Part shown: positions 34,812-45,504 of the stretch, in pieces
How the letters are laid out: each line of letters begins with the position of its first letter
How positions within the stretch are numbered: position 1 is the first letter of the stretch
Virus record (IMG/VR): IMGVR_UViG_3300045391_000822
Coordinates: 32,001 to 96,000 of that record
Direction: 5' to 3' (one strand)
Origin: a virus
DNA: 64,000 nucleotides
Notes under the pieces: generated by a model
The model's database searches: none
What the model was told of the DNA's origin: nothing
What the model saw: only the letters and a program-made list of their open reading frames with translations
Program-made: the position numbers and the translations under genes

Positions 34812-35894
34812 TTAGGTACGCAGACCCTTGGCAACAGCACGCGAGTTAGCGATCGCCAGCGCGAACGTTTCGTACACAACCCAGCCACGACCTGGGATCT
34901 TCTCGACGCTGATATCGATAGGTTGCGATTGCAGACCACCACGATCCGAGTAAGCACCGAAGTTCAGCGCGTCGGCCATGACGAAGAATTCGCCTTGGTT
35001 CAGCACCTTGTGTTCTGGGTGACGATAAGCGTCCGACACAACGGTCATACCGTACAGCACGCCGATTTCACCGGTCAACAGTAGTTCATGACGAGCGACA
35101 GGATCCATCGCGGTGTAGAACTCTTGGTTACCGATAACGTCCTGCATCAGGTCCGACGCGATCAGCACGTAAGGGGTCTTCAGGCCCCAACGGTTGACGT
35201 TGGTCATCACTTGAGCCAGCGTGTAAGGCGTCAGCTGGCCGCTGATGATCTGGAGGTTGTTGTCAAGACCAACCACCTGGTTCATCAGGTTGTACATCAG
35301 ACGGTCTTCTGAAACCATAACGGCTTCAGTCGCTTCGACGAACTTTTCTTCCAGAATGTCACCAGCGGACTGGTTGATTTCATTCTGGGTGATGAAAGGA
35401 CGTGCAACGATCTGCAGTTCCGGAGGAGTCAGCCACTTGTCGCGGGTGATCTGCGAATCGATCTTGGTGGGGCTAGTGCTCCACACCGCAGTCACGTTCT
35501 TCAGGCGAACTGGGAAGCGAGGAATGCTGCCTTGCTCCACAGTGTTCTTCGCCAGGAACTTACGCGTGAAACCTTGACGGTTGCAGGTAATATACAGCGA
35601 CTCAGCAATCTTTTCACCCAGCACGCGGTGTGCTTTGGGATCGTTGAAAGCAGCCTTGACCAGTTCCTTGTGAGTCTTTTGGAGATTCTCACGTTCATTG
35701 GCCTGGGAAGCGGTCAGGATAGTACCAGCTGACGAAGCAGCGGTAAACGCCATCACGCGATTGAACAAATCCTTGCGACTATTGGCGTTCAGTTCGCCAT
35801 TGGCGCCGACGGCACGCTCGCTGGAGCCGTGAAACTTGAATTCACTAGCAACGACAGGCTGCTTCGAGCCGTGAACTTTGATTTTGGTAGCCAT
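34812..35894 (-). CDS. major capsid protein (HK97 fold)
   Basis: 360 aa, strongly biased codons, order protease-scaffold-decoration-MCP; GEIGVLYGMTVV P-domain-like motif. Confidence 0.8.
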   Translation of the reverse strand: MATKIKVHGSKQPVVASEFKFHGSSERAVGANGELNANSRKDLFNRVMAFTAASSAGTILTASQANERENLQKTHKELVKAAFNDPKAHRVLGEKIAESLYITCNRQGFTRKFLAKNTVEQGSIPRFPVRLKNVTAVWSTSPTKIDSQITRDKWLTPPELQIVARPFITQNEINQSAGDILEEKFVEATEAVMVSEDRLMYNLMNQVVGLDNNLQIISGQLTPYTLAQVMTNVNRWGLKTPYVLIASDLMQDVIGNQEFYTAMDPVARHELLLTGEIGVLYGMTVVSDAYRHPEHKVLNQGEFFVMADALNFGAYSDRGGLQSQPIDISVEKIPGRGWVVYETFALAIANSRAVAKGLRT

Positions 35895-35940
35895 TTAAGC
35901 TCTCCTGTTGATCTCAGTTGGGTTATGGAGTGGCTACGCT

Positions 35941-36624
35941 TTAGGGCGCGCTGAACTCGATGCCCAGGAAGGGGTATTCGACCGACGGGATCGCAACGAT
36001 CACGGCACTCGTAAGCTGAGTGCCAGCAGTCAGCGATTGGTCGGACAATTGACCATTAGCGCCCAGACGGATTTGGGTGGCAGCACGCCAGTTCTTCGAA
36101 GCATCGAATTGGCTGGTGTAGATAACGCCGCGCTTAGCAACGCCGATCTGGCCAACGTAAGCACCTGAGTAACCACCAGGTTGCACGTTACCTTGACGGC
36201 TAACCTGATCGATAAACGTTTCAGCGTACTTGTACGTAACGGTAACAGTGTTACCAGCAGTCAGGCCGCTGATTTGGTTGCCAGCAACAGTAGGGCTAGC
36301 AACAATCGCGCCGGCGGTGTCGTCGAACACGCTAACTTGACCAGCCATCGGGGTACGGCCCAGCGTAATGGTGCCAGTACCAGGCACCAGGAACGTTTCG
36401 ACCTTGTTGCTGAAAGCTTCGGGGAACGGAGCAGCCGACGTACCAGCAACGCTGAAACCGACGAACAATTCGTTGGTAGCAGAGCCAGTCGAAGGTTGAA
36501 CACCAGCAGCTTGGGCCGAAGGAACACGGATCAGAGCCATGCCTTCAGCATTGATAACAGCACCTGGCGCAACGACAGCTTCGGCGCTGTCGGTGAATTT
36601 GCTCAGAGGGAACGAGATAGACAT
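35941..36624 (-). CDS. putative capsid decoration/cement protein
   Basis: 227 aa, Ala/Gly/Thr beta-rich, immediately upstream of the MCP gene. Confidence 0.65.
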   Translation of the reverse strand: MSISFPLSKFTDSAEAVVAPGAVINAEGMALIRVPSAQAAGVQPSTGSATNELFVGFSVAGTSAAPFPEAFSNKVETFLVPGTGTITLGRTPMAGQVSVFDDTAGAIVASPTVAGNQISGLTAGNTVTVTYKYAETFIDQVSRQGNVQPGGYSGAYVGQIGVAKRGVIYTSQFDASKNWRAATQIRLGANGQLSDQSLTAGTQLTSAVIVAIPSVEYPFLGIEFSAP

Positions 36625-36703
36625 GAGTTTCTCCTGATTGTAGAGGAGGTAGGATTGGAAACCTCCCCTACCTATCTAAATTAAAATTGTAGACTGCGAA
36701 CTT

Positions 36704-38284
36704 TTACAGGCCGAAACTGAGCGGTGCGTCACCGTTCAGAACAGCGCGAGCCGTAACCGAAGTACCGGTTTGTTTCGGCGTAAGCAGGGCGCCCTTGTAT
36801 TGGCGACCAGCAGATGCCAGCGCAGCAGTCACAGAAGTGGAATCAATTTCTTCCGCTTCGAATTCCGCGTCGTCAGCACCGAGGCTATCAAAACCCTCGT
36901 CAGTGGCATCAACGAAATCGGCATCACCTTCGCCAAGATCTTCGACGTCAGCTTCTTCCGGACCTTCCGGGTTGGTCATATCCAACATCGAAGCGACAGC
37001 ATTACGAGCCGCTTCAGGTTGCACCGCAAGACGTTGCGCCAACGTAACCACTTGCTGAGCGTATTCCACACCATGCTTAGCGAACACGGAACGAACGATC
37101 TTAGGAGCACCCGAAACACCCAGGGCCGTCAGCGCGTTTTCCATGCCTGCACGCAGAGCGTTAGGAGTATCGGACCACAGATTACGGTTGTGACCGACAG
37201 CAGCCAGCGCCATGCAGTGTTCCATCGAGTTGTCCTTCTGCGAGAAGGTACGACGAACAGCAGCAGTAGCAGCCTTAACCTTGGCTTCAACGCGCTTGTT
37301 GGTAACGCTTGCCTTAGCGAAGTTCACGGTTTCGAGTTTGAAACCCATGTTCTTCAGGCCAGCACGCAGACCATAGCGTTTGCATTCGGCTTCGACGGTA
37401 TCCTGGAATTCGTCGGAGTGCATTTCGTCTTCCACGCCTGCTTTCACTGCGCTCTTACGAGTCAGTTTGGCAATAACGCGGTCGTTCTTCAGCACAAGCA
37501 CCTTAGCTTTCAACGAAGCGAAAGCCATGTCTTCGACGTCATCGTCAGCAACTTCGTCAACATCAACGAGGTTCATCGTATCGACGTCGTCAGCTTCGCC
37601 AAGATCTTCACCAACGGCGTCTTCTTCGCCTAGGTCTTCCATCGAATCCGTCAGGTCGTCGCCTTCTTCGACTGGCGGTTCCGCATCCCACTGTTCTTCC
37701 ATTTCGTCAGCTTCCAGCATGTTGGCAGGAGCGTTCGGAACGTCTAAATCAGCGTCAGAAGCTTCAACGTCTTCTTCGTCGCCGTCTTCCCATTCAGCTT
37801 CGTCGTCTTCGTCGATGTCTTCGGCACCTGAATTGACTTCGTCCAGGACGTCGTCAGCTTCTTTGGCGGTGTCTTCGTCAGCGTCATCTTCTTCCGAAGC
37901 TTCTAGGTCGTAACCCTCAGTCGGATCAATGTCGTTGTCCAGCGTGGAGATGTTGTGGCTGTCATTCGGCAGGCAATCATCTTCAGCAGCCTTCACCTTG
38001 GCCTTCTTGGCGGAAGCTTGTTGCTTCGCGCCAGCGGGCTGATTGGTAGTAGGCTTAATGCCATCAGGAGATTTCTGTGCCTTGCCGCCTTCGATTTCCG
38101 AATGCAGGTTCACAGGATCGATGTCGTCTGGATCGATCAAACGCTCTGACGAAAAGTTGTTGTTGATACCCGCGTCACTCTTCAGTTCGGGTTTGGTGGT
38201 TTCATTCGGAAAATGCAAAGAACTGCCAGGGCCCTCGGCCGCGACGACCTTGGTACCGGCGGAGGTTGGTTTGCGGATGGCCAT
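36704..38284 (-). CDS. putative scaffold/prohead core protein
   Basis: 526 aa, very acidic and low complexity, between the protease and MCP genes. Confidence 0.65.
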   Translation of the reverse strand: MAIRKPTSAGTKVVAAEGPGSSLHFPNETTKPELKSDAGINNNFSSERLIDPDDIDPVNLHSEIEGGKAQKSPDGIKPTTNQPAGAKQQASAKKAKVKAAEDDCLPNDSHNISTLDNDIDPTEGYDLEASEEDDADEDTAKEADDVLDEVNSGAEDIDEDDEAEWEDGDEEDVEASDADLDVPNAPANMLEADEMEEQWDAEPPVEEGDDLTDSMEDLGEEDAVGEDLGEADDVDTMNLVDVDEVADDDVEDMAFASLKAKVLVLKNDRVIAKLTRKSAVKAGVEDEMHSDEFQDTVEAECKRYGLRAGLKNMGFKLETVNFAKASVTNKRVEAKVKAATAAVRRTFSQKDNSMEHCMALAAVGHNRNLWSDTPNALRAGMENALTALGVSGAPKIVRSVFAKHGVEYAQQVVTLAQRLAVQPEAARNAVASMLDMTNPEGPEEADVEDLGEGDADFVDATDEGFDSLGADDAEFEAEEIDSTSVTAALASAGRQYKGALLTPKQTGTSVTARAVLNGDAPLSFGL

Positions 38285-38352
38285 TTGGTACGCTCCTAAA
38301 GATTTTTGTTGGGCCAGGCCCTACGTTGTAAAATTGCGGTATGCGCGCCGTA

Positions 38353-39132
38353 TCATTCCAGCGATGGTAGGAAATGATCCGACAATGCAGGTGCCCACGC
38401 AGGGTCTTTGACGATCGATACTTCGATCGGGCTTAAATCATGAGCGTTACGGAAAACCAAATGACGTTGACCGTCCCAATCACCAGTTTCGTAGAAATCG
38501 ATACTGTTGCCAGGATTAAGGTGATGACAATGGTTGTACCGATCCATCTTCGATCCACAGAAACTGCAGGTAAAGTAATCGGCCATCGCGCCCATGGAAT
38601 AGGTATTGATTTCCTTTCGGATAACCTGTTGAGCGATTTCAGGATACTTGTTCTTGTCGATAGCGAAGAGACCCATAACCTTCCACATCTTGCCACCGCC
38701 GTAACCGACGATTTTATGGAGGGAGGCATCAAGGACAACACCGTAAGCTTTGGTACAATCTTCGTTATCGTGTTCCAGGTGCATCGGACAACCCGACCAG
38801 CACTTGTAAACCATACGATTTGCAGGAGGCGGAGGGAATTTCTTCAACTCAGCTAACGGGAAGGCAACACCGTTGCGGTTAGGCAAATCTGCCGGGCAGA
38901 TAGGACTAACCACTAAGGCGTAGTCTTCGATATTGGGACTGATCTCGTATGTCTTGGCTGCAAAAGGCAACCACGTCTCATAATCGAGACGTGATGGTGT
39001 AGGATCTACGAAATCAGGATCTTGGTTGTAGTGAGGACGAAATTCGCGTACCGCTTCACGACCTTCCGGAGTGTCTGCATCAAAAGCGTATTCTGCTTTC
39101 GTATCAGCAAGCGCGGTTATTTTGTAGGACAT
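38353..39132 (-). CDS. prohead maturation protease
   Basis: NRNG..F, LEH.N, GVVLDA, YSMG, CxxC and EVSIVKDPA: herpes/HK97-type protease His/Ser pattern. Confidence 0.75.
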   Translation of the reverse strand: MSYKITALADTKAEYAFDADTPEGREAVREFRPHYNQDPDFVDPTPSRLDYETWLPFAAKTYEISPNIEDYALVVSPICPADLPNRNGVAFPLAELKKFPPPPANRMVYKCWSGCPMHLEHDNEDCTKAYGVVLDASLHKIVGYGGGKMWKVMGLFAIDKNKYPEIAQQVIRKEINTYSMGAMADYFTCSFCGSKMDRYNHCHHLNPGNSIDFYETGDWDGQRHLVFRNAHDLSPIEVSIVKDPAWAPALSDHFLPSLE

Positions 39133-39141
39133 AGCAACTCC

Positions 39142-39531
39142 TTAACGCGCCATAATACAGATCACCGTATCAGCGGTAAACGTGATTTTCATACCAGTGA
39201 AAGGCAGATTGCCGTTCAACGCTGTAATGGTGTCAGCCGGAAGAGATTGTGAACTTCCCCAGGTTGCCGATTCTGCTACAGCAGGATCACCATTGGTTAC
39301 CAAATTTTCCTCGCTCAAGGTATACTCTATGGTAACTGCGGCATTGGATTGGGCAACGACTGCAATCTGGTAGGTGTTGGATACCAATTGTGAAATGCCT
39401 ACGTAACCCACTTCACCAGAAGCACCAGTAAGGGTAATCCACGAACCGAACTGAGACCCACGACTAGAAATACCGACGCCTTGCGTTTGCGCTCCTTTCC
39501 ATCCAGGACCGCGATTGCCAAAAATCTTCAT
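39142..39531 (-). CDS. putative virion protein (beta-rich)
   Basis: 129 aa in the head operon. Confidence 0.55.
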   Translation of the reverse strand: MKIFGNRGPGWKGAQTQGVGISSRGSQFGSWITLTGASGEVGYVGISQLVSNTYQIAVVAQSNAAVTIEYTLSEENLVTNGDPAVAESATWGSSQSLPADTITALNGNLPFTGMKITFTADTVICIMAR

Positions 39532-39546
39532 ATCATTCTCCTGGCT

Positions 39547-40062
39547 TCAGCAAAGGCTATCGCCGTAGATACATGGTTGGTAACAGATGCTGAAATCTAC
39601 CAGCGATACCAATTTATTGGATCGTGCAATGAAGTCGTTGACCTCAGTGGTAGATGGAGTTCCAGTAAAGCAACCCAGAGTAGCGTGAGGCTTATACTCA
39701 GGGAAAGAGTGGGAGAGTCCATAGGACTTCAACTCCTCATGAAGTTGTTGAAGACCAGGGCTTTCGATACAGGCTACTACGATGGTCCGATCTTTGTGAT
39801 CTACCCAGGCCTCCAGTCCACAGACTTCGCCAACAATCTCTCGATCGATTAGGTTGAAGTTTGCAGGCATGGGTCCTGTATGGTAGAGCACAGTTGTGTG
39901 GAGTTCTGTTGAGTTATCCCACTTGAAGTTATGAGGTTTGCGCAATACCTTACGCATCGCCGAAAACTTCAGAAGGCTCAACTCATCAAAATCCACCCAA
40001 ACATAAAGGCCACTATCGAAAGACTTGATCACGTTATAAGATACCTTGGCAGTGATCTTCAT
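39547..40062 (-). CDS. acb1: 2H phosphoesterase, T4 gp57B/Acb1-like anti-CBASS nuclease
   Basis: SGLYV..F.E..L, LHTTVLY, LEAW and H.F.EY.PHATL parallel T4 gp57B (GLYV..FSE, HSTI, HDFDDYTPHITL). Confidence 0.8.
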   Translation of the reverse strand: MKITAKVSYNVIKSFDSGLYVWVDFDELSLLKFSAMRKVLRKPHNFKWDNSTELHTTVLYHTGPMPANFNLIDREIVGEVCGLEAWVDHKDRTIVVACIESPGLQQLHEELKSYGLSHSFPEYKPHATLGCFTGTPSTTEVNDFIARSNKLVSLVDFSICYQPCIYGDSLC

Positions 40063-40102
40063 AGTATCTCGCTCAGCTTAATGCTATAAAAATGCGACAA
40101 AC

Positions 40103-40130
40103 GGAGACTGGCCCTTATGAACCAGTCTCC
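40103..40130 (-). terminator. stem-loop after the helicase gene
   Basis: GGAGACTGG...CCAGTCTCC followed by a T-rich stretch on the minus strand. Confidence 0.55.
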
Positions 40131-40136
40131 AATTTA

Positions 40137-43100
40137 TCACTCATCAATATCTTGTTCGAAGGGATTCTCGCGTTCGCGTTGCTTTTGGAACTTACCAAAA
40201 TCTTTCCGCAATTGCTCGATGTTGCTGATCTGGATGCCGTTCTTCACCATTCGTTGAAGCATAGCTTTGGACGCTTGGGGCGTCAGACCAAACCACGAAA
40301 GTGACGGCACACTTTCTTCCCACACCACACCAGAAGCACGTTTTTGGATAGCCCGTTTGGTCGCAGCCTGACCACGTGTTGGTAAAGCCAAATATGCTTT
40401 ACCGTCCTCCACTACAGGATAGAACTTCAATCCTTTTGGATCGGTAGATGGTTTCTGTTCCATACGATAGAAGTTACGCAGCGCGTTACGGTTAGCGTAT
40501 TTCCAGGTAGAGATACGTTTCTGTACCTTACCTTCTTGAAGCAACAGATACATCTCGCCAATCGAATTCAGTGCTTCAGGAACCGATTTATCAGGGTAGA
40601 AACCTGATTCGGCCCACAGGCGCATCTGCTTATCCAAAATTCGATGGTTCTTAATCCATGCACGGTGATAAGGAGGATCAGGACGGAAGCCCAAGGCCTG
40701 TAGAGCATCCGTGACGTCCTTCGAGTGACCTTCCTCTTTAACCGTCAATCCTAGGTAGCCGTTGGTGACAATGAAATTAACAACGGCACGTAGATTGTTC
40801 TGGAGTTCGACCTCTTTCTCTTCCAGTTCCTTCTGCCTCTTCTCCTTTGCAGCCTTACGACCTTGAGGAGTTAACAGCATGGTAGTCGCAGGTTCTGCAA
40901 CGTGTGGTGCTAAAGGAAGTTCAACCAATTCAGCCATAGCTTCTTTGGTCGTTGTCTTCAAAGGCTTCTTAAACAAGAAGACCGAAGCAAATGGAGCGCG
41001 AACACCATGGCCAGAATCTAGGTCAACGGTAACCACCCGTACGCCAGTAGCTAGAGTACGAATATAGCCGTCACCGTATTCCGTGTGGGCACGAGCACCA
41101 CGTAGCTGAGCGTTTACCTGCTCAGCATACGCCTTTGCCTGGGCGTCATCCTTGTCCGTTTCGTCGTCAACGTCAGGCGCTTCATAATCGAAATCGTTCC
41201 GAAGGAATTCATCTAGACGGACGAGACCAAGTTCCTTCTGACCAGCAATTTCCAGACCAGGTGTGTAAGGTGCACTAACCATTAGTTGTGCATCTTTAGG
41301 AGTAGGAGCAGCACCAGGATAGCTACGGAAGTTCTCGCCGTATTGAGCAATGAATTTATCCTTGTACTCTGCGTACTCCTCAATAAGCGTCAACTGATAG
41401 TCACGGTAGGCATGGGCATACTTCTCCAGGTCACCTGTCCACGAATTGTGATAACGAATATTGTCGAGTGACATCTTAATCACTGGCAGATCAGGGATCT
41501 TCTGGTAAGCAGGGGAATCAGCATTCTCAAACTTAGCCACCGCAACGATCTTCGATGTGAGTCGACTGATCTTCGTAACGTCGATGGTTCGATCGCAAAC
41601 AATCCAGCGGAAGTAAACCTTATCACGTTGTTCCTTCACCTTCATGTTTGGTCGGTTCAGACGCGAGTTACCTTGCTCTAAGGTACCAGGGTTCCATACC
41701 GTTTCTACACGAATAAGCAAGGATACGAATTGAAGGTTCAATCCAGTGTTCATCGAGTTCTCGACACCCACCATGATCTTGAAGCGAGGATCTTTCTCAA
41801 ACGCCGCACCTGTTTCGATCTTCTCAGAAGCAACATACAACAGACATTGCTTCTGTAAGTCAGGAGCCATGTATTCGTAGATTGCCTCAGCTGACTCCAC
41901 ATAGTTCGTGAAGATCAGGATCTTACCAGGACGCCCTTCATTCAGGTGCTCACGGATGTAATGGTTGATGCGCTCGACCTTCGGGGAGATACGATCAGCA
42001 CCACGCAGCATTAGCTTGCCTTCGGGGTCACGGTCAGGAGCAGTAATAAACTTCTCCATACGCGCGATATAAGGCTTCAACATTGCAGCAAGGTCTGAAC
42101 CGTCGTCCTCATCCTTCAACGCCTCTTCTTCGCCTTCCTTGGTAGCACTACGCTCGTCCTGTTCCTGGAATTTCTTCAGGAGTGCCTTGTTTGCTTGAAT
42201 CTCAGCAAGAGTCTTGGCCAAGATAAGGTTGTAGACAGCTTGTTGTTGCTCAGTCAACACAACCTTAGACATACGCTCATCAACGGTAGGTAGCAGAGCA
42301 GCCCATTCCTTACGCATCGCACCAGCAACAACCACCCGACTTTTAATCAGGTTCATGATGTCCTGTTGCGCATTTGGCTTCCACTTTATGACCTTACCGC
42401 CAGATACGGTATCACCAAAGCGTTCATTGAATTCGTCACGCGTACCAAATAGCGTAGGATCCAATTGAGCAATTTGGATAGCCAGGTCGGATGGTGAATC
42501 ATGGGCCATCGTACCAGAAGCCAGACGTTTCTTTGGAATATCCACTACAAGGTTCATCACAGCGCGTGAACGAGAAGTATCGTTCTTCACGTAATGAGAT
42601 TCGTCCATCGCAACGTAGCCAAAACTGAACTGACGCAGGATTTCGGCAATCGGGAAAACGTTAATCGACATCGTGCCGTAGCACAGGTTCTGTCCTCGTA
42701 GCTTCAATGCATCGTAGTCACAAACAACTACGGTATTACGTGGAGCAGACTCGATGACCTTGGATAAACGCTCCGGCCCTGAACGCTTCAACACCTGCGA
42801 GTTAACAGGAATAACGTTCAGCTTACCTTTGGTGAAGAAGTTGATTTCCTTCACGTACTGAGCCACCAAGTGCGAAGGGCACATGATGAGGTAAGGTGCG
42901 CTACGGTTATTTGCTAATTCAGCTAAGATGTCAGTAATGATGATAACGGTCTTACCGCCGCCGGCCTGCACAGGCAGAATAGCGAAGTCAGGTGATCCGC
43001 GAAGCTGGTTAGCAATACGATCTTGGTGAGGAAGACGTCCGAGTTCTGGATCCCACAACGGAAGTGCAGGGTTGGTATAGTTGGGGTCTACGTTCTGGTT

Positions 43101-44792
43101 GCGCGCTGGCCCCGTCAACGTCATAGCTTCGGAATTGATCTGGCCGGCTTTCGGAGCATACTTCGAAACCACAATAGCCCAAGGCAGAGTAGCGGTCGTG
43201 AAGGAGACGCTATACCGTGCGTACAGGTTATCCAGGGAAGCAAGGCAGGTATCAGCAACTTGGCGAAGATAGCGGCCAACAGGGCGCAGGTACGGATACT
43301 CGCTGTTGAAGGCTATATCAGCCCAACGAATGGACTCATGGCCCGATACGCGCAGATGAAATTTCTGAAGTTCAGAAAGGTAGGCACCAACGAGCTTACC
43401 ACGGTACGTGTCAAACAGAGCTTCGCTAGCAGATTGGGATATAGATCCGCCGTCTTCGTCAGTTCCTGCGAGACTGAAACCTTGGAAATCCTTAAGCGTA
43501 GGCTGAAACTCTTGGCGTGCAACACCCACCGCTTCGCCCATACGAGCTAGGGATTCAATAATTTCTGCTTCAACAGGTTGGTGCAGCCAGGTGTTCACGT
43601 GAACCTGTGTTGCTACTCGGCAGTTACTGAGGTTCTGAACTTGCAGCATCCCTGTAGTGGACGTGTAGGAGAATCGACAGTTCACCCAGTCGACCAGTAC
43701 CGGTATATTCGTCGGTAGCTTAGTCTTGGTAGTGTTCGAGATATTCTTTATCTCGTCCATACTCAATAGTGTGAACAGACCTCCAGGTTGCTGACCGGCT
43801 TGAGAGAAAGCGTCTTCATAACGTTCCGTGTTGTCACACGAAAGAGGTATGTACATCGGACGACCACGGTGGTCGCAGGTAATCTGGTCATCGTTGACCT
43901 TAGGAGTGACCTTCGTCAAGTCCTTAGGCAGCGTAGCTGCGATACTTGATATAGCAAAACCTGACCGAGGAGCAGGATCTAAGAATCCATAGCCTCCGTG
44001 ATGCCACGCTTGCATCAACGGGTATAGATCGATAGGGCGAACTGTAACCCAAGGTTTGGAGGCCAGGTGCTGTGCTTGCGCAGGCGGAATTAAGAAGTAG
44101 GCAAATACAACAACGCGGGTCGGCGTGATGTCCAACTGCATGTTGATAAGGCTCTTCTCAAGACAGTCACGTAGATGGGCGTCTTTACCCGCGGCTACTT
44201 GAATGGCTTGTTGCAGATTCAGAGGTTTGCGAATTACGATTTCACCAGAGCCGGTATCACGAACATTCATTTCGTTGATGCCAGATGTTTTGGCTTCTTC
44301 ACGTGCCATGCGTTGAAAGCGTGTAGCGTCATCCACCAAGGCGTCGATAGCGGCTTGATCGCTTAGGTCTGATGCTTCGCGGAGACCTTCAGCAAGCAGT
44401 TCGATAGCACCTGCACCTACCGATAGGATCGGCATACCAACAAGGTAACCGTCTTCTCGCTTCAGCAGGCGGATCAGGCCGGATGGAGTGTTAGATTGCG
44501 CCTTCATGAACTTAATGAATTCGCGTCGGACCTTGAACATGCCAGGATTTTCGGCAACCGAAGGAAATACCTGTGACATCCAAAGACGAGTGATAACTTG
44601 TCCAGGACTATCCGCGTAGGCTTTGTTGTAGAAGCCCAGGAATCCAGTCTTCTGTTCTTTGTCAGAAAGAACCAATGCAGTATCCACCACCAGATTCGAT
44701 TTTGCCTTCATTGCATTTGCAGCACGAAGACGAATACGTTCATGGGTAGACACGACCTTGGCGCTAGGTTCAACATGTCGATTGTTCTTCAT
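40137..44792 (-). CDS. large SNF2-like (SF2) helicase/translocase
   Basis: AGGGKT (I), MDESH (II), ASGT (III), KILIFT (IV), TGLNLQ (V), WNPGTLEQGNSRLNR (VI); ~590-aa N-terminal extension. Confidence 0.85.
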   Translation of the reverse strand: MKNNRHVEPSAKVVSTHERIRLRAANAMKAKSNLVVDTALVLSDKEQKTGFLGFYNKAYADSPGQVITRLWMSQVFPSVAENPGMFKVRREFIKFMKAQSNTPSGLIRLLKREDGYLVGMPILSVGAGAIELLAEGLREASDLSDQAAIDALVDDATRFQRMAREEAKTSGINEMNVRDTGSGEIVIRKPLNLQQAIQVAAGKDAHLRDCLEKSLINMQLDITPTRVVVFAYFLIPPAQAQHLASKPWVTVRPIDLYPLMQAWHHGGYGFLDPAPRSGFAISSIAATLPKDLTKVTPKVNDDQITCDHRGRPMYIPLSCDNTERYEDAFSQAGQQPGGLFTLLSMDEIKNISNTTKTKLPTNIPVLVDWVNCRFSYTSTTGMLQVQNLSNCRVATQVHVNTWLHQPVEAEIIESLARMGEAVGVARQEFQPTLKDFQGFSLAGTDEDGGSISQSASEALFDTYRGKLVGAYLSELQKFHLRVSGHESIRWADIAFNSEYPYLRPVGRYLRQVADTCLASLDNLYARYSVSFTTATLPWAIVVSKYAPKAGQINSEAMTLTGPARNQNVDPNYTNPALPLWDPELGRLPHQDRIANQLRGSPDFAILPVQAGGGKTVIIITDILAELANNRSAPYLIMCPSHLVAQYVKEINFFTKGKLNVIPVNSQVLKRSGPERLSKVIESAPRNTVVVCDYDALKLRGQNLCYGTMSINVFPIAEILRQFSFGYVAMDESHYVKNDTSRSRAVMNLVVDIPKKRLASGTMAHDSPSDLAIQIAQLDPTLFGTRDEFNERFGDTVSGGKVIKWKPNAQQDIMNLIKSRVVVAGAMRKEWAALLPTVDERMSKVVLTEQQQAVYNLILAKTLAEIQANKALLKKFQEQDERSATKEGEEEALKDEDDGSDLAAMLKPYIARMEKFITAPDRDPEGKLMLRGADRISPKVERINHYIREHLNEGRPGKILIFTNYVESAEAIYEYMAPDLQKQCLLYVASEKIETGAAFEKDPRFKIMVGVENSMNTGLNLQFVSLLIRVETVWNPGTLEQGNSRLNRPNMKVKEQRDKVYFRWIVCDRTIDVTKISRLTSKIVAVAKFENADSPAYQKIPDLPVIKMSLDNIRYHNSWTGDLEKYAHAYRDYQLTLIEEYAEYKDKFIAQYGENFRSYPGAAPTPKDAQLMVSAPYTPGLEIAGQKELGLVRLDEFLRNDFDYEAPDVDDETDKDDAQAKAYAEQVNAQLRGARAHTEYGDGYIRTLATGVRVVTVDLDSGHGVRAPFASVFLFKKPLKTTTKEAMAELVELPLAPHVAEPATTMLLTPQGRKAAKEKRQKELEEKEVELQNNLRAVVNFIVTNGYLGLTVKEEGHSKDVTDALQALGFRPDPPYHRAWIKNHRILDKQMRLWAESGFYPDKSVPEALNSIGEMYLLLQEGKVQKRISTWKYANRNALRNFYRMEQKPSTDPKGLKFYPVVEDGKAYLALPTRGQAATKRAIQKRASGVVWEESVPSLSWFGLTPQASKAMLQRMVKNGIQISNIEQLRKDFGKFQKQRERENPFEQDIDE

Positions 44793-44803
44793 TGTTAATC
44801 CCG

Positions 44804-45502
44804 TTAGACGAGTCGGTGATGCATACCTTGTGGACGGTACGCTCGCAGGATTGGTAGATATAGAGTCTTGAGAACAAATTCTTCAAGCTCTTTTGTAGAA
44901 GCTAGTGGCTTACCAGGGACCGACGGAAAGACGTCAACTGCAATCTCGTAGCCGTATGACCAACGCCCTGAAAGGTTTGCGCCTTTGTTAGCTACGAAGA
45001 AAGTTAGTCCATTGTCGATATCTAGTTGCCATATCGCAGCGTAGTCCACGGATGTACGGCGCAGACCGAGATTTTCCAAAATAGGAAGTGGTTCGTTGAT
45101 GTAGTCACAAAGGCCTTCACACCGGAGTATGAAACCAGTGGACGTCATACGCACCAAACGTTTGGTTTGGCGAGTCTTCATCTGTTTATGGAGATTATTT
45201 TTCTCCATCCAGCGTACCACTGTACGGCGTGCAGCAATCAAGATGCTGTAGATACGATCGTTCTGACTATCATGAGAACCAAAAGGATACGTACTCCGTT
45301 GTGAACAGATATTCACATAGTTCTCGACAGCCCTGGCCCAAGCACGGTCAGCCTGCGTAGCACTTACGGTACTTATAGCTTCTCGCCATATGGGCAAAGT
45401 ATCCTGGCTGAAACGAATAGGCATCGTTTCAATAGTGGGTGGCGATTGTTGGTCTTTCAGCGGCACGCCCAGCGCACTGAGATTCACGGAAGTGTAGTCC
45501 AT
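44804..45502 (-). CDS. hypothetical protein
   Basis: 232-aa ORF in the minus-strand operon. Confidence 0.65.
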   Translation of the reverse strand: MDYTSVNLSALGVPLKDQQSPPTIETMPIRFSQDTLPIWREAISTVSATQADRAWARAVENYVNICSQRSTYPFGSHDSQNDRIYSILIAARRTVVRWMEKNNLHKQMKTRQTKRLVRMTSTGFILRCEGLCDYINEPLPILENLGLRRTSVDYAAIWQLDIDNGLTFFVANKGANLSGRWSYGYEIAVDVFPSVPGKPLASTKELEEFVLKTLYLPILRAYRPQGMHHRLV

Positions 45503-45504
45503 GA

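Noticed and set aside
36770-37913. Long plus-strand ORFs opposite the scaffold gene
   Set aside because: They are antisense shadows caused by codon bias and low complexity.
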